Source: Mobula birostris (taxonomy: Eukaryota). From it: a stretch of 64,000 bases of DNA. Each line of letters begins with the position of its first letter. The stretch's first letter is position 1. Shown here piece by piece: positions 61,991 through 64,000 of this stretch. The notes under the pieces were generated by a model. The model was not told the DNA's origin, did not search any database, and worked only from the letters and a program-made list of their open reading frames with translations. The translations under genes and the position numbers were made by a program. The DNA lies in NCBI RefSeq assembly GCF_030028105.1, contig NC_092395.1, positions 32,022,424-32,086,423 of the forward strand, in the 5' to 3' direction.

Positions 61991-64000
61991 TGTCCCCCCT
62001 CCGCAACCTTGGTGTTCCACAAAGCAGTCACTGTCAGCCCTGCTCAGACTGGCACCTCCCATTCTCCACCCAGCTAACAGGAGTCACCTGCCACTCATCT
62101 CCAACTAATCACCTACAGCATATTTAAAATCATTTCTCATCCATGGTCCTTGTTCACCTATTGAATCGACCAGCTGCTCCCAGCCTTCAGTTACCTTGTT
62201 GCCTCTGGGTTTAGTATGTGTTCCCTCGCATTTTGTGGCTTGTTATTTTTGTAGTCTATTATTAAAGTTCTCGATCACCGCTGCAACATCTCCACTGCTC
62301 TGCTTTTGGGTCAAGCCTCCTCTACAGCTCCTGACTGAATTGGTGAATCAGTGATTGACCCCTCGGGATTGCTCGCCTACAGGAAGTTGTCTGCTGACAC
62401 AAGTACACCATCGAGAAGCAACAGGAAGCCAATGACCATCTCTTTGCCACTCTCAAACAACTCTCCATCCCATTGCAGTAACCCTGCACCAATCAACCTC
62501 CTCCCTCACAGCCCCAGGATTCTGGTGCCCGAATGCTTTGAGGTTCCTAGTCCAATGCTGCAATGTCCTGTCCCAGTGCATCTTGCACTTTGAACTCAAG
62601 CATCTCTGTATTCTATAACCAAGCCAACATTACTTTCATCATCTCTCTCAACGGGGTGTGCTCTGACTAGGGCCACAGCTAACTGGGACAATAAAACCAC
62701 CATTTACAAATAAATATGAGGAATTCACCACTGAAATGTGCTGGGTTTTTGACCATCTAGAAAATGGAGGGGAAGCATCATATCAAATACTTCAACCTGC
62801 GTCAAGGCTGATGCTCAGTGCTGGATTACACCATGGAATTCAGGACTCTCGTAACAGAGTGCAGCTGGAATGCTGAAGTGCTGCTGGCCCATTACCATCA
62901 CGGCCTTACAGAGTGCTTGAAAGATGAACTGTCTGCTTAGGAGATGCCCATTGACCTCAAAAACCTCATCACTCTGGACCTCCATATTGACAACTGTCTT
63001 ATGGAATATCCCTCCAGATCACCAGCCAGAACTCCAGTTCTGATTCCTGAACCATTTCAGGCTGCAGGACCCTCATCAGCAATCCGCACCAAACCCATGC
63101 AGTTTGGGAGAGTTCCCTTAACCCCCCCCCCCCCCCACCGCCACCACCAACAGGGTGAGGACTGGTGGAGAAACAACTTGTGTGAATACTGTGGAGCAGC
63201 CAATCACCCACACACCGAATGCCCATTGCATCTGGGAAACGGCACCACCAAGTAGAGACAAGGGGCCTTCTGTCTGGTAAGCTCCCTCTGGCCTCTCACT
63301 CTCTCTGTCCTCCTCCACACCTTGATGGCTCTATGTGCACCAGATGCCCTGGCAGATTCTAGCTCAGCAGACAACTTTCTAGACTGGGCTTCGTGTGTGC
63401 AGCTTGGACTCTCTACTGAGCCTATCTCTCACTCCTTCTGCAACATGGCCATTGATAGACGTCCCTTGGGGTCTAGAATGGTCAAAGAGCATGCACATGG
63501 CAATCCAATTCCTCCTTAGCAACTCAACCAACACTCCTCTCACTTGGGTTACCCCAGTTCTCCACTCAAAACCCTCACTTCGCTTGGTTGTCTGGTTCAC
63601 TGCTGAGCTGGGGATCCACCTGCCTGCAACCTCAGTTGACTTGACCTTGTAAATCTGTGGAGACAGAGGAAACCCTTGACCTTACCAAGCACCCACGGGA
63701 TGCCGCCTCTAAGCCATGACCTTCAGTGAAAGGGGAGCCAGCACTCTGCTGCCTCATTGACCACACAACTGCGCATTGACCTCCTTTCGGGCACCACCCC
63801 TCCTCGATGTTCTCTGTTTGCCCTCTCCTCTGAGAATCAAGCCATGAATGACTACATCACTGAAGCACTACTGCATACCTTCGTTTGACCCAGTCTGCAG
63901 CTGGTGTAAGATTGTTCTTTGTCAAAAAGAAAGATGGGAGTCTCTGTCATCGCATTGACTACTTGATGGATAGCACATTTGAAACAATCCATGGGGCCCA
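61991..64000 (+). mobile_element. Decayed Ty3/Gypsy (Sushi-like) LTR retrotransposon: putative 5' LTR (~61991-62336), gag, protease, start of RT
   Basis: CCHC knuckle CEYCGAANHPHTEC; protease-like ALADSSSADNF; IDLLSGTTPP and FFVKKKDGSL remnants; many stops and frameshifts. Confidence 0.85.

Noticed and set aside
62944-63255. Gag zinc-knuckle ORF as a domesticated PEG10/RTL-like gene
   Set aside because: Surrounding gag-pol has many stops and frameshifts and a putative LTR remains, so it is a decayed retrotransposon.

Overview
Vertebrate genomic DNA, AT-rich and dense in repeats. The repeat set (CR1, Rex1/Babar, L1, Penelope, V-SINE, Tc1/mariner) suggests a cartilaginous fish, which is an inference. 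The main feature is a complete minus-strand HNRNPM gene (CDS 43079->13480). I assembled 18 coding exons by hand into one open frame of 2004 nt (667 aa, three RRMs plus a Gly/Met-rich linker). It includes an 8-nt microexon and a U12-type (minor spliceosome) intron. The first coding exon of a RAB11 gene (probably RAB11B) is on the plus strand at 57366-57405, divergent from HNRNPM. A CpG-rich promoter and 10-codon first exon of a third gene lie on the minus strand near 1.8 kb (possibly TIMM44, not confirmed). Most other ORFs in the track are transposon remnants or noise. The most notable extra signals are minimal hammerhead ribozyme motifs in Penelope-like termini (including fold-back insertions with 14-bp target-site duplications), a transposon-free and motif-bearing HNRNPM intron 2/3 block suggestive of splicing autoregulation, and a 52-bp tandem duplication in the HNRNPM promoter. 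I found no clearly new biological system. All exon and repeat calls were made by eye, and repeat boundaries are approximate unless a TSD or TIR is quoted.
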